Source of the DNA: Candidatus Poribacteria bacterium
GTDB lineage: Bacteria > Poribacteria > WGA-4E > GCA-2687025
Reading direction: 5' to 3'
Assembly (NCBI GenBank): GCA_963665845.2
Contig: OY762492.1
Location: 672,001-736,000 of the forward strand
Length of the DNA: 64,000 bases
The position numbers and the translations under genes are program-made. Below the pieces are notes generated by a model. That model had not been told where the DNA came from. It saw nothing but the letters and a program-made list of their open reading frames with translations, and did not search any database. Shown here piece after piece: positions 1 to 9,229 of this stretch. Each line of letters starts with the position of its first letter. The first letter of the stretch is position 1.

Positions 1-375
1 CCGGACGCCCGCTCCTTTTTGCGCCAACGGCTGCGCTGGTCGTCCAACAGCATGGAAAACCGCTTTTTTGCCGTCTGGTTTATGACGGTCGCATACGGCG
101 CCTATCTGCTGGCTCCGCTTGGGTTGGCGGCGGCGCTGCTGGGTTACGCCCCGCCGCCGCTGGCGGGCGCGCTGCTGCTGTTGAAGATGGCGCCGGAGTT
201 TGTCGTCTTATGGCTCGGTCTGCGCCGTTTTGAGCGGCATGATTTGTGGGTCTATTGGCCGTTGGCGGCGGCGCTCCATACCGCCTATGCGCTGGCGGCG
301 GGTCTCGTCGGATTGGGCGGCAAGGCGTCCTGGAAGGGGCGCGTTCACCGCGGACAGCGCCGGCGCGTCATGTAG
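1..375 (+). CDS. Glycosyltransferase family 2, C-terminal part (5' truncated by window edge)
   Basis: Open from base 1; QRLRW (QxxRW) motif followed by transmembrane helices and a terminal WKG. Confidence 0.7.
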   Translation, partial: PDARSFLRQRLRWSSNSMENRFFAVWFMTVAYGAYLLAPLGLAAALLGYAPPPLAGALLLLKMAPEFVVLWLGLRRFERHDLWVYWPLAAALHTAYALAAGLVGLGGKASWKGRVHRGQRRRVM

Positions 376-461
376 CAAAACAGCGCGCCAACGCCCGCCC
401 CGATCCCGCCTGCGCAAGGACATACTTAAGGCAGTCTCTATGCCCCGTTCCTGAGCTTACC

Positions 462-1559
462 TTATTCAGCGTCAGGGGCTGTCTCTTGAGGGGCGGTCGG
501 CTCCGCCGCTTTCAAGGTTCCCCATGGCGCTTTTTTTTTACCGGCAGGGTCAACCGAGAGGAAGCGGCCCTTGCCGGCCAAAACCCAGGATGCGCTTGAG
601 GAATTCACCCCGTCAAGCGGCGTGATGCGAACAATCTCCTTCGTCTCCACATGAACGCGGTGAATCCGATACCGCACCTCAGGCAGCTGAATGCCGGTCA
701 AGATCCACTTGCCGTCCGGAGACCAGCTCTCCAAGGTCTTCCACCGCGCATCGGTTGTGAGCCGCTCCACCTCCGACCCGTCCGCGTTCATGAGATAGAT
801 GTCATGTCCCCGCATCCCGTTCGACCGATCATCCGGTGTGGATTGGAACGCGATCCTCTTGCCGTCCGGAGACCATTCCGGTGTGGAGTCAACGGCCGGA
901 TGATTCGTCAGGTTCACCTCGTTTCGTCCGTCGGCGTCCATGATGTAGATGTCTGAAACTCTGTTGTCCTGATCGCCGCGAGCGGAGGAGAACAGAATCT
1001 TCTTGCCGTCCGGCGAAAATGAAGGCCAATCGTCGTCCTCATTCGGCGATCTTGTCAAGTTGATGACTTTGGCAGATGAAACGTTCAACTTGTAGATGTC
1101 CAACGGCTTGACCCTGCCGTCGCCGGAGGAGCCGCGGCACACAAGCCACTGCCCGTTAGGCGACCAGCGCGGCGCCGTCAGCGTTAGCCGGCGGTCCGAA
1201 AGACGGTCGGTCAGATTCTCTACCCGATTGGTCTCCAAATTCAGAACGAAGATGGAGTATCCGACTCGCGAGTCGCTTGAGTATACGACGAAGGCGGCGC
1301 GCTTGCCCTTGGGTCCAAAGTACGCCGGACCCACAAACCACAGGTCTTCGCCCAGCCAGAGCCTGTTGTTCTTTCCGTCCCAATCGATAAACCAAAGACC
1401 GCCCGCTCTTCCAGCAGGATAGCAAACGGTCGGCCGTTCGATCTTCGTCGCGTCCTCCAGCGGCTTCGGAACTTTCGGCTCCCGAGCGGAAAGAGACACG
1501 GCAAACAAACAAGCGGCGGCAAGAATCAGAAAACGCGGAAAGAGACGCGCTTTTCGCAT
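462..1559 (-). CDS. Secreted TolB-like (PD40/WD40) beta-propeller protein with C-terminal SVDPAGK..WG.LK motif
   Basis: Signal peptide; repeated WSPDGK/FSPDGK and DIYIMDADG blades; GAAAGGAG RBS before the ATG at 1559. Confidence 0.85.
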   Translation of the reverse strand: MRKARLFPRFLILAAACLFAVSLSAREPKVPKPLEDATKIERPTVCYPAGRAGGLWFIDWDGKNNRLWLGEDLWFVGPAYFGPKGKRAAFVVYSSDSRVGYSIFVLNLETNRVENLTDRLSDRRLTLTAPRWSPNGQWLVCRGSSGDGRVKPLDIYKLNVSSAKVINLTRSPNEDDDWPSFSPDGKKILFSSARGDQDNRVSDIYIMDADGRNEVNLTNHPAVDSTPEWSPDGKRIAFQSTPDDRSNGMRGHDIYLMNADGSEVERLTTDARWKTLESWSPDGKWILTGIQLPEVRYRIHRVHVETKEIVRITPLDGVNSSSASWVLAGKGRFLSVDPAGKKKAPWGTLKAAEPTAPQETAPDAE

Positions 1560-1594
1560 GGTCGAATCTCCTTTCTGTTGACGCCCCGCCGCTG

Positions 1595-2719
1595 TCATTC
1601 AGCGTCATCGGTTGTCGTTTGCGGGGCGGTCGGCTCCGCCGCTTTCAACGCTCCCCATTCTGCTTTTTTTTTACCGGCAGGGTCAACCGAGAGGAAGCGG
1701 CTCTTGCCCGCTAAAACCCAGATCGCGGAGGAACTGCCTGCGTCGTGTGTGATGCGGACAATCTTCTTCGTTTCCACATGAACGCGGTAGATGTCGTACG
1801 GTTCGCGGTCTTTCTGCATGCCGAACAGAATCCATTTGCTGTCGGGAGACCATGAGTCAGGGTCTTTCCATTTTCCAATTTCATGTGTCGTCAGCCGCTC
1901 AACGTTGGAGCCGTCCGCGTCCATTATATAAACGTCCACTCCCCTGATCCCGGTCTCGAGCTGTTCGGGGCGCTGCGCCGCTTCAAAGGCGATCTTCTTT
2001 CCGTCCGGCGACCATAAAGGATTCCTTTCGTATGCAGGGCTGTTTGTCAAATTCACGACATTGGAGCCGTCCGCGTCCATGACAAACAGATCATGCGGAG
2101 ATTCTATGTCGAACTTTCCTTCCTGCGCGTTGTATCTCGCATGGAACGCAATCTTCTCCCCGTCGGGCGACACAGAAACCCACTCTTCTGATCCCATCGG
2201 CGTATTTGTCACGTTGTCGAACGTCAGCTTGTCGATATCTAAAATATAGACATCGGGAAGTCTCTGGCCCACGGCGTTCACGGGGCCCGCGTTCATGTCG
2301 TATCCTCGGCACGCAAGCCGTTTTCCGTCTGGAAACCACCATGCGCCTGTGTAGTAATACACATCGGCGCGGACGCCTTTGTCATGAAGCCGCTTCGTCA
2401 TGTTTGTCAAGCGGCCTGTTTGAAAGTCCAGGATGTAATGGATGTAGTTGCGGCCTGCGATGATGGAGGCGCGCCGGCCGTCTCGGCTCCATTCAGGGGC
2501 GAGACCAAAGACGCCTTCGATCCAGAGCCTGTTGTTTTGTCCGTCCCAGTCGACGAGGTACAGCCCTTCTTCGCCGGCATAACAGACGGTCGGTTTCGTC
2601 AGTTTCGCCACATTCTCCATCGGTTTGAGGTCGGCATGAAGGTCTGATGCGCTCAAGAGAGCGACGAAGGCTGCCGCGGCAAGAACTGCCCAGCGTTTTG
2701 AGAAGGTCAAGAACGTCAT
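1595..2719 (-). CDS. Secreted TolB-like (PD40) beta-propeller protein, paralog of 462..1559
   Basis: Signal peptide; WSPDGKKIAF and DLFVMDADGSN repeats; same C-terminal motif; AAGGAG RBS. Confidence 0.85.
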   Translation of the reverse strand: MTFLTFSKRWAVLAAAAFVALLSASDLHADLKPMENVAKLTKPTVCYAGEEGLYLVDWDGQNNRLWIEGVFGLAPEWSRDGRRASIIAGRNYIHYILDFQTGRLTNMTKRLHDKGVRADVYYYTGAWWFPDGKRLACRGYDMNAGPVNAVGQRLPDVYILDIDKLTFDNVTNTPMGSEEWVSVSPDGEKIAFHARYNAQEGKFDIESPHDLFVMDADGSNVVNLTNSPAYERNPLWSPDGKKIAFEAAQRPEQLETGIRGVDVYIMDADGSNVERLTTHEIGKWKDPDSWSPDSKWILFGMQKDREPYDIYRVHVETKKIVRITHDAGSSSAIWVLAGKSRFLSVDPAGKKKAEWGALKAAEPTAPQTTTDDAE

Positions 2720-2940
2720 GTCATTCTCCTTTCATGCTGAGGGGAGCGTCCGCGTCGGGTACGCAATGTGTCGGCGCGGACGCGAAGCGGTCAGTCGCCC
2801 TCTTCAGATTTAGGCGGAGTGTAGTTGTACCCCTCCACCTAGAACTGACCAGGCGCCTCAACAGGATCGAATTCCCGCGTTTCCGTTGTGTACTCAGCGC
2901 TCGCCGGAAAATCCCAAGTCTTCTTGTCAAGCTCTTCTTT

Positions 2941-2969
2941 ATCATGGCGTTTCTCGGCGGTATTTTCAA
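2941..2969 (-). promoter_or_regulatory. Putative sigma70 promoter for the TolB-like pair
   Basis: TTGAAA-17 nt-CATGAT on the minus strand, about 215 nt upstream of the start at 2719. Confidence 0.4.
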
Positions 2970-3053
2970 GGCCCGTCTCAGAGCTTATCCTTAGAGTTGG
3001 GACAGCTCTGGCGATGAATGCAGATGTCGTCTGGACTTTGGATTCCTGCGCGT

Positions 3054-3680
3054 TCACCGCGGGCGGCGCCAACGCAGGGCAAACTTTTTCGCCGCCGCTT
3101 TCACATCCTCCGCCTGCGACACCGCCGACAAAACCGCGACCCCGTATGCGCCCGCCTCAAGCAGCGCAGGGACAACGTCCGCCCCGATCCCGCCAATCGC
3201 GATAACAGGCAGCGACACTGTCGCGCAGTAGGCGCGCAGCCCTTCAACGCCGACGGGAGCGCGCGCGTCCGGCTTGGAGCGGGTGCCGAAGATCGGACCG
3301 AAACCGACATAGTCGGCGCCGTCCTGTTGAGCCTGTTTCGCCAGTGCAGCCGTCGGCGCCGTGACGCCGATGAGCGCCTCCGACCCCATGAGGCGCCGGG
3401 CGGCGGAGGCGGGCATGTCGGTTTGACCCAGATGGACGCCGTCCGCGTGGAGCGCGAGCGCCGCATCGACCCTGTCGTTCACAATAAAGAGCGCCCCATG
3501 GCGTTTTGCCGCGTTGCGCGCTTTTTCGCCTTCTTGGAGGAAGCGGCGTATGTCAATCTGTTTGTCGCGGAATTGGATCAGATCGGCGCCGCCTTCTGCC
3601 GCCCGTTCAGCGATCTGCGCATGGCTGCGTCCGAGGCAGGCTTCCGTAATTGCATGAAATCGGGGGACGGATCGGCTCAT
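3054..3680 (-). CDS. thiE: Thiamine-phosphate synthase
   Basis: IQFRDK, FIVNDRVD, ADGVHLGQTD, GPIFGTRSK and IAIGGI motifs; start overlaps the thiD stop. Confidence 0.95.
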   Translation of the reverse strand: MSRSVPRFHAITEACLGRSHAQIAERAAEGGADLIQFRDKQIDIRRFLQEGEKARNAAKRHGALFIVNDRVDAALALHADGVHLGQTDMPASAARRLMGSEALIGVTAPTAALAKQAQQDGADYVGFGPIFGTRSKPDARAPVGVEGLRAYCATVSLPVIAIGGIGADVVPALLEAGAYGVAVLSAVSQAEDVKAAAKKFALRWRRPR

Positions 3681-4465
3681 CGTTGTTTCCAAAAATGGCG
3701 GAGTCTCGGCGCGCCTTGACCAACGCGAACGGCGCGCTCCATAGCCCCGTACACATACGCCTTCGCCGCCTTCGCCGCTTCAAAAACAGACGACCCGCGC
3801 GCCAGATGCGCCGCAAACGCCGACGAGAACGCGCAGCCTGTCCCCCGCGGAGACGGACCGGGCAGCCGCGGCGCGTCCAGCTCCATATACGAACGCCCGT
3901 CGTACAGCAGATCAACCGCTTTGTCCGTTTTGGTTAAGTGTCCGCCCTTGACGACGACCCATTCGGCGCCGAGTTGACGCAGTTTTGCCGCCGCCTTCTT
4001 TGCGTCCTGGACGCTTTCAACCAGCATGCCGGTCAGCGCGCCCGCCTCCAGCGCGTTTGGACAGACGACCCGCGCCAACGGCAACAGCTCCCGCAGCAGC
4101 GCCTCCTCCCCTTCTTTTGTTAAAAGAGAAAACCCGCCGCTGGACGCCAAAACAGGGTCGATGACAAGATTGGGCGCGCCGCGCCGCTTCAGCGTTTCCG
4201 CGATGGTTTTCACAATGTCAGAGGAGGCGAGCATGCCTGTTTTGACAGCGTCCGGCGGCGCGTCGTCCAGAACGGCGTTCAGCTGCGCCTGAACCGTTTC
4301 AACCGGCAGATGATACGCGCTCTGAACGCCCCGCGAGTTTTGCGCCGTAACCGATGTAACGACGCAAACAGCGTCCGCTCCGTTCGCGGCGATCGTTTTC
4401 AGATCCGCCAGAACGCCCGCCGCGCCTGTCGGATCGTAACCGGCGGCGGCGAGAACGGTTTTCAT
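3677..4465 (-). CDS. thiD: Hydroxymethylpyrimidine/phosphomethylpyrimidine kinase
   Basis: AGYDPTGAAGVLADLKT, VKTGML, DPVL and GTGC motifs. Confidence 0.95.
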   Translation of the reverse strand: MKTVLAAAGYDPTGAAGVLADLKTIAANGADAVCVVTSVTAQNSRGVQSAYHLPVETVQAQLNAVLDDAPPDAVKTGMLASSDIVKTIAETLKRRGAPNLVIDPVLASSGGFSLLTKEGEEALLRELLPLARVVCPNALEAGALTGMLVESVQDAKKAAAKLRQLGAEWVVVKGGHLTKTDKAVDLLYDGRSYMELDAPRLPGPSPRGTGCAFSSAFAAHLARGSSVFEAAKAAKAYVYGAMERAVRVGQGAPRLRHFWKQR

Positions 4466-5250
4466 GGACGGCGCCTCAAGGCGTCAACGGGAGCGAAGGT
4501 ATGCAGCGACTGCAGGCGCGCCGCCTGGATGCGTTCCGCGGACGGCTTCTTGCCAAGCCGAAGCGGACGCCAGTAACGCCCGCCGATGTACAGTTCAAAA
4601 TGAAGATGGGTTTCGGGCGACCAACGCCTCGCCCCGTTTTCATGACTGGTGCCGGAATGCCCGACATGCCCGACGACCGTATGCGCGTCAACCGGCTGCA
4701 GCGGCTGTATCTGTCCGACATCGCTGAGGTGCGCGTAGATGGAGATTGCCGCTTCGCCGCGTTCGTTTCTTCCGTGGTAGATCCACACCTGCCGTCCGCG
4801 CAGCGCGTCTAGGATGTTGCCGTATTCAGGGTCTTCTGGGACGCCTTCTCCGCCGGGCGTCGCCTGCGCCTCTTTGCACCGCTCCAGAATCTTCCGCCGA
4901 TATTCCGGCGTCATCGGCTCATAGGCGCGGTCGACGCGCAGAACAACGCCCGGCGCGATCGGATAAACAGGCTCGCCGTAGGGCAGCCCGTAGATGTCGA
5001 CGCCCTGATGCGTCCCATGCCGATAAGGGCGCGGTTCGCCTGGGGCGCGCGCCATGTCCAGCGTCGTCTCCGCTCGGACGGGCAGCTGAAAGCGGTCTTT
5101 CGGAATGTATCGAAAGTGAACCCTGTTCAGATCAATCGGTGTGAAAGCGCTCTCATCCACGCATTCCAGCGCCGCCTCAATGTTTGGAAGCGAAGACGGC
5201 GCAGACGCCGCCAACAGGTGTATGACCAGCGCGAGCGCCGCGGCGTTCAA
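4462..5250 (-). CDS. M23 family metallopeptidase
   Basis: HQGVD (HxxxD), YAHL and HLHFE motifs; signal-like N-terminus. Confidence 0.85.
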   Translation of the reverse strand: MNAAALALVIHLLAASAPSSLPNIEAALECVDESAFTPIDLNRVHFRYIPKDRFQLPVRAETTLDMARAPGEPRPYRHGTHQGVDIYGLPYGEPVYPIAPGVVLRVDRAYEPMTPEYRRKILERCKEAQATPGGEGVPEDPEYGNILDALRGRQVWIYHGRNERGEAAISIYAHLSDVGQIQPLQPVDAHTVVGHVGHSGTSHENGARRWSPETHLHFELYIGGRYWRPLRLGKKPSAERIQAARLQSLHTFAPVDALRRRP

Positions 5251-6017
5251 AGCTCAATCGTCAGCCCGTCGTAAGCGAGCTGAATGCCGTCGGGAAGGTC
5301 CGCGTTCACGGGTTCGTGGTCAACCTCATGCGCCATATGCACAAAATAGGTCTGTCTAGGGTTCAGTTCCTGCGCCGCCGCCGCCGCCTGTTCAATGCTC
5401 ATATGCGTCGAGTGCGGCTTCGGGCGAAGGGCGCCCAGCACGAGCGTGTCCAACCCCTGCAGCCGCTCCTTCGATTCAGGCGGGATGCGGCTGCAGTCGG
5501 TGCAGTAAGCGAAGTCGCCGATGCGGTAACAGATGACGCGCGTTGAACCATGCCATACATCAATCGGCTCAATCGTTTTTCCAAACAGCTCAAAGTCGCC
5601 GTTGATTTCGTTCATCTGAAGGCTGGCGACGGCTCCGCCCTCCGTCTTTTTTCTAAACATATATTCGTAAACGACTCGAATGCGCTCTAAAGTTTCAGCG
5701 CCGGCGTAGACAGGCATCGGACCCCCTTTGCGGAAGCAGAAGATGCGTATGTCGTCCAGCCCGTAAAGATGATCAGCATGAAAATGCGTGTAAAGAACGG
5801 CGTCCAGCCGCTGGACGCGGTTTTCGATCATCTGCTGTCTAAAGTCAGGACCCGTGTCGATGATCACATTCTTGGCGCTTTCCTCGTCCTCCCATGAGAG
5901 CAGCGCCGAGACGCGCAGACGCTTATTGCGCGGATCGTCCGACCGGCAAACATCACATCCGCAGGCGATGACCGGAACGCCCGTGGAAGTGCCTGTGCCA
6001 AGGAAGGTTATCTTCAT
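5247..6017 (-). CDS. MBL-fold metallo-hydrolase, PhnP/YcfH-like phosphodiesterase
   Basis: LGTGTSTGVP, CxCxxC, IDTGPDFRQQ and THFHADH motifs. Confidence 0.9.
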   Translation of the reverse strand: MKITFLGTGTSTGVPVIACGCDVCRSDDPRNKRLRVSALLSWEDEESAKNVIIDTGPDFRQQMIENRVQRLDAVLYTHFHADHLYGLDDIRIFCFRKGGPMPVYAGAETLERIRVVYEYMFRKKTEGGAVASLQMNEINGDFELFGKTIEPIDVWHGSTRVICYRIGDFAYCTDCSRIPPESKERLQGLDTLVLGALRPKPHSTHMSIEQAAAAAQELNPRQTYFVHMAHEVDHEPVNADLPDGIQLAYDGLTIEL

Positions 6018-7129
6018 GCGGCGGCGCGCGTTCGTTGAAGCGCCGTTTTGAGCGCGCGGAGCGTTCCGTCAATGTCCGACTCGCGCGAGCAGTACCCAAA
6101 CGAAAAGCGGACGGCTCCGCGCGCGTATTCGATCGGCAGACCCATCGCCCGCAGAACATGGGACGGCTCCACCGACCCGGAGGCGCACGCGGCGCCTGTT
6201 GAAACGGAGACGCCCAGCAGGTCCAGGGCGATGGTCAGATTTTCGGCGCTCAAATTTTTAAAGGAGATGTTGACGGAGCCGGGGACCGACTCCAGCGGCG
6301 TGTTGAGGCGCGTTTCAGGGAAGAGACGGCGCGCCTGTTCAATGAACCTGCGCGTCATTTTTCGCAGCCGTTTTTCGGTACCGCTCATTTCGCGGACTGC
6401 CGCTTCAAGCGCGGCCGCCATTCCGACAATCGCGGGCGCGTTCTCCGTTCCAGGGCGCCTCTGACGCTCCTGCGGTCCGCCCCTTAGGAGCGGTTGAAGC
6501 GTCAAGCCGTTTCGCGCATACAACGCGCCGACGCCGCGCGGCCCGCCGAATTTATAGCCTGAAATGGAAAGCAGATCAACTCCCATTTTGTCGACATGAA
6601 CGGGAATTTTGCCGGCGCTCTGGGCGGCGTCTGTGTGAAAAAAAGCCGCCGCTTCATGCGCGATGCGCGCCGCCTCTTGGACAGGCTGAACCGCGCCCGT
6701 TTCGTTGTTCGCATGCATGACGGAGACGAGGCATGCCCCCTCTGCCAGCTCCTTGAGCGCGTCCAGATCAACCGTTCCGTCCTTGTTGACCGGCGCGGCG
6801 GCCGCGTCAGGAACAGCAGACAGCCCGGCGGGATGCTCAACCGCCGAGACGACAACCCTCTTCTTTTTCGCCGCGTTTGCAATGCCCTGCAGAGCCTGGT
6901 TGACCGATTCGGTACCCCCGCTTGTGAAGACGATCTCGGAATGGCGCGCGCCGAGCAGCCGCGCTATGCTGTCGCGCGCGCGTTCGATGGCGGCGCGCGT
7001 CTCCCGTCCGTCTGCATGCAGGCTCATCGGGTTGCCCGGCTGATCAAAGAACGGCAGCATCGCCTCCCGCGCTTCTGGGCGCAGGGGGGAGCCGGCGTTG
7101 TGGTCTGCGTAGATGCGGTCGTTCGCCAT
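6014..7129 (-). CDS. iscS: Cysteine desulfurase, IscS/NifS group I
   Basis: YADHNA, FTSGGTES, HANNETG, HTDAAQ, SGYKFGGP (PLP lysine) and STGAACASG (catalytic Cys); start taken at MANDRIY. Confidence 0.85.
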   Translation of the reverse strand: MANDRIYADHNAGSPLRPEAREAMLPFFDQPGNPMSLHADGRETRAAIERARDSIARLLGARHSEIVFTSGGTESVNQALQGIANAAKKKRVVVSAVEHPAGLSAVPDAAAAPVNKDGTVDLDALKELAEGACLVSVMHANNETGAVQPVQEAARIAHEAAAFFHTDAAQSAGKIPVHVDKMGVDLLSISGYKFGGPRGVGALYARNGLTLQPLLRGGPQERQRRPGTENAPAIVGMAAALEAAVREMSGTEKRLRKMTRRFIEQARRLFPETRLNTPLESVPGSVNISFKNLSAENLTIALDLLGVSVSTGAACASGSVEPSHVLRAMGLPIEYARGAVRFSFGYCSRESDIDGTLRALKTALQRTRAAA

Positions 7130-7263
7130 AAGCGTCCCTTCAACCGCAAACGATACCGCGAACGCAGATGGAATGCAACTGGGAACGGCAAGACTTCCGC
7201 CTGCGCGGGACAAAGAGGCGCGCCGGAAATAACAGCAGGAAGAGTTAAGCGGACAGGGAAGCG

Positions 7264-8019
7264 TCAGTCGTCTTCGTCATCAATGACCCCCAGGTCCAAT
7301 TCGACGACTTTGAAATCGGGATCGTTTTCATCCCCGCATCGATAAATGAACTGGAGCTGCGCATAGAGCGTCTCGCCCGTTTCTGGATCCGTGTACGCCT
7401 GCTGATATCGAACATGAACCGCCGACGGTATCTCAAGCGTAAAGAGCTCTCCGTTCGGCAAACGAAACACGTTGGGCAGCGTTTCTACAGGCCAGCGCCC
7501 CGCCCGAACCAACAGCGCGGTCGGGTCTCTTGAATACATTGGAAACTCGTCCAGAAATTTCAGCATCGCGGCGAGAAGATTCGGGTACTCGACTGTCTCG
7601 TAGACGCGCTCTTGAACATTGAGATGCGCTTGTACAGAGGCTTCCAATCTTCTGGTTCCGAAATCTTCAATCGGGAGCGTCTCCATGAGAATGTCGTACT
7701 CCAGCCCCATCAAATAGGCGAAGCCATCCAGCGCGTCTTCCCAGGTGTTGTAGACGCGGTTCTCTGGGTTCGGAAGCGGCTCTCCGTCGGGATGGACAAG
7801 CGTCGTCGTTACCTCAATGGGATTGTTCTCGCCGAGCTCTATAGGCGTATCGATATCGCCGGCGGTTGGAGTATAGCGAGGCGTTTGTTCTTCGAGAGAC
7901 AGCCCCTCTGTCTGGTCCGGACTGCTTTCAAGGTTTTCATCTCCGCAACCCGACAGAGATCCGAAAGCGATCCCAATGAGCGCGCATGCGGCGCAAAAAT
8001 GAAACATCTGTTTGCGCAT
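7264..8019 (-). CDS. Hypothetical lipoprotein, paralogous to 50689..51609
   Basis: AAGGAG RBS; lipobox LSGC; acidic; shares blocks TW.DAL, R.P...LPNG..F.L and DLGVI. Confidence 0.75.
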   Translation of the reverse strand: MRKQMFHFCAACALIGIAFGSLSGCGDENLESSPDQTEGLSLEEQTPRYTPTAGDIDTPIELGENNPIEVTTTLVHPDGEPLPNPENRVYNTWEDALDGFAYLMGLEYDILMETLPIEDFGTRRLEASVQAHLNVQERVYETVEYPNLLAAMLKFLDEFPMYSRDPTALLVRAGRWPVETLPNVFRLPNGELFTLEIPSAVHVRYQQAYTDPETGETLYAQLQFIYRCGDENDPDFKVVELDLGVIDDEDD

Positions 8020-8207
8020 GATCAGCTCCTTTTCGATTCGCAAAGCCTGAAATGCTTGCTATACTGCATTATACGATTAACAGCGCATTTGTGACCAGTT
8101 TGCGCAAATTTTTTATTGTTGCTGCGTTGGCGCGCTGCGCCGCTTTTCATTTCGTCGGGAGCGTTATACACTAAGGCGGAAATAGGTCATACAGAAAGGA
8201 CGCGGAT

Positions 8208-9215
8208 ATGGACGCAAGAGCGGTCGTCTTCACAGCGCCGAAACAGGCGGAGGTACAAGCGTTGAGCGCGGGAGAACCCGGCGCCGGCGAGGCTTTAGTC
8301 GCGGCAAGCCTGACGCTCATGAGCATGGGTACCGAAATCATCTGCTACAAAGGCGAATCGGACCCCGGGACCCACTGGCACGGTTGGGTGCGGTACCCGT
8401 TTTATCCGGGCTACAGCTCCGTCGGCAGAATCGTTCAGCTCGGCGAAGGAACGGACGGGTTCTCCGTCGGCGACCGCGTCTTTCACACGCAGGGGCATCG
8501 CGGGCTTTACAAAACGCGCGTCGACAGCGGAACCTTCCTGCGCATACCGGACGCCGTATCGGACGAAGACGCCGCCTGGGCGAAACTGGCGACCATCGCG
8601 CAGACAGGCGTCCGCCAAACGGAGCATCACATGGGCGATACGGCGGCCGTAATCGGCCTCGGTCCGATCGGTCAGCTGTCGGTTCAATATCTGCGCGTTC
8701 TTGGGTTGAAAGAGATTCTAGCCATCGACATGAACGAGGCGCGGCTGGAAGCGGCGATGGCGCATGGGGCGACCGCCGCGTTTCATGGCAGGTCAGGAGA
8801 CGCCGAGTCGTTTGTGCGCGAGCATACGGGCGGCGAACTGGCGGACGCGGTCTATGATGTCACCGGCTTTCCGGATGTGTTCCCGACGGCGCTAAAGCTG
8901 GCGCGCCGCTTTGGAACGGTCGTTCTGCAGGGCGATTGCCCGCATCCGTCGCGCCAGCATTTGACGCATGATGTGTTGACGCGGCAGCTGCGCGTTTTCG
9001 GGTCCCACAACGAGAACCTGCCGCCGAAGCATGCCCGCTGGTCGTTCCGGCGTCAGGCGGAGCTGTTTTATGCGTATGTGGAGCGCGGACAGATGCGCCT
9101 GCGCGATCTCATCACGCGCCGCTTCTCGCCGGACGAGGCGCAGGAGGCGTACGCCAGCTTGACGGAGGAGAGAGGCGGAACAGTCGGAGCCGCGTTTGAA
9201 TGGCGCGCTGAATAA
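8208..9215 (+). CDS. Zinc-binding dehydrogenase (MDR superfamily)
   Basis: GTE, YPFYPGYS, VGDRV and the Rossmann motif GLGPIG. Confidence 0.85.
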   Translation: MDARAVVFTAPKQAEVQALSAGEPGAGEALVAASLTLMSMGTEIICYKGESDPGTHWHGWVRYPFYPGYSSVGRIVQLGEGTDGFSVGDRVFHTQGHRGLYKTRVDSGTFLRIPDAVSDEDAAWAKLATIAQTGVRQTEHHMGDTAAVIGLGPIGQLSVQYLRVLGLKEILAIDMNEARLEAAMAHGATAAFHGRSGDAESFVREHTGGELADAVYDVTGFPDVFPTALKLARRFGTVVLQGDCPHPSRQHLTHDVLTRQLRVFGSHNENLPPKHARWSFRRQAELFYAYVERGQMRLRDLITRRFSPDEAQEAYASLTEERGGTVGAAFEWRAE

Positions 9216-9229
9216 CGTCCGCTGACAGA

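Noticed and set aside
2721-3072. Short minus-strand ORFs (82 and 77 aa)
   Set aside because: No recognisable motifs; they overlap a promoter and structured leader.
7130-7263. TPP riboswitch upstream of the thi-containing operon
   Set aside because: Conserved CUGAGA and CCUGA core elements were not found.
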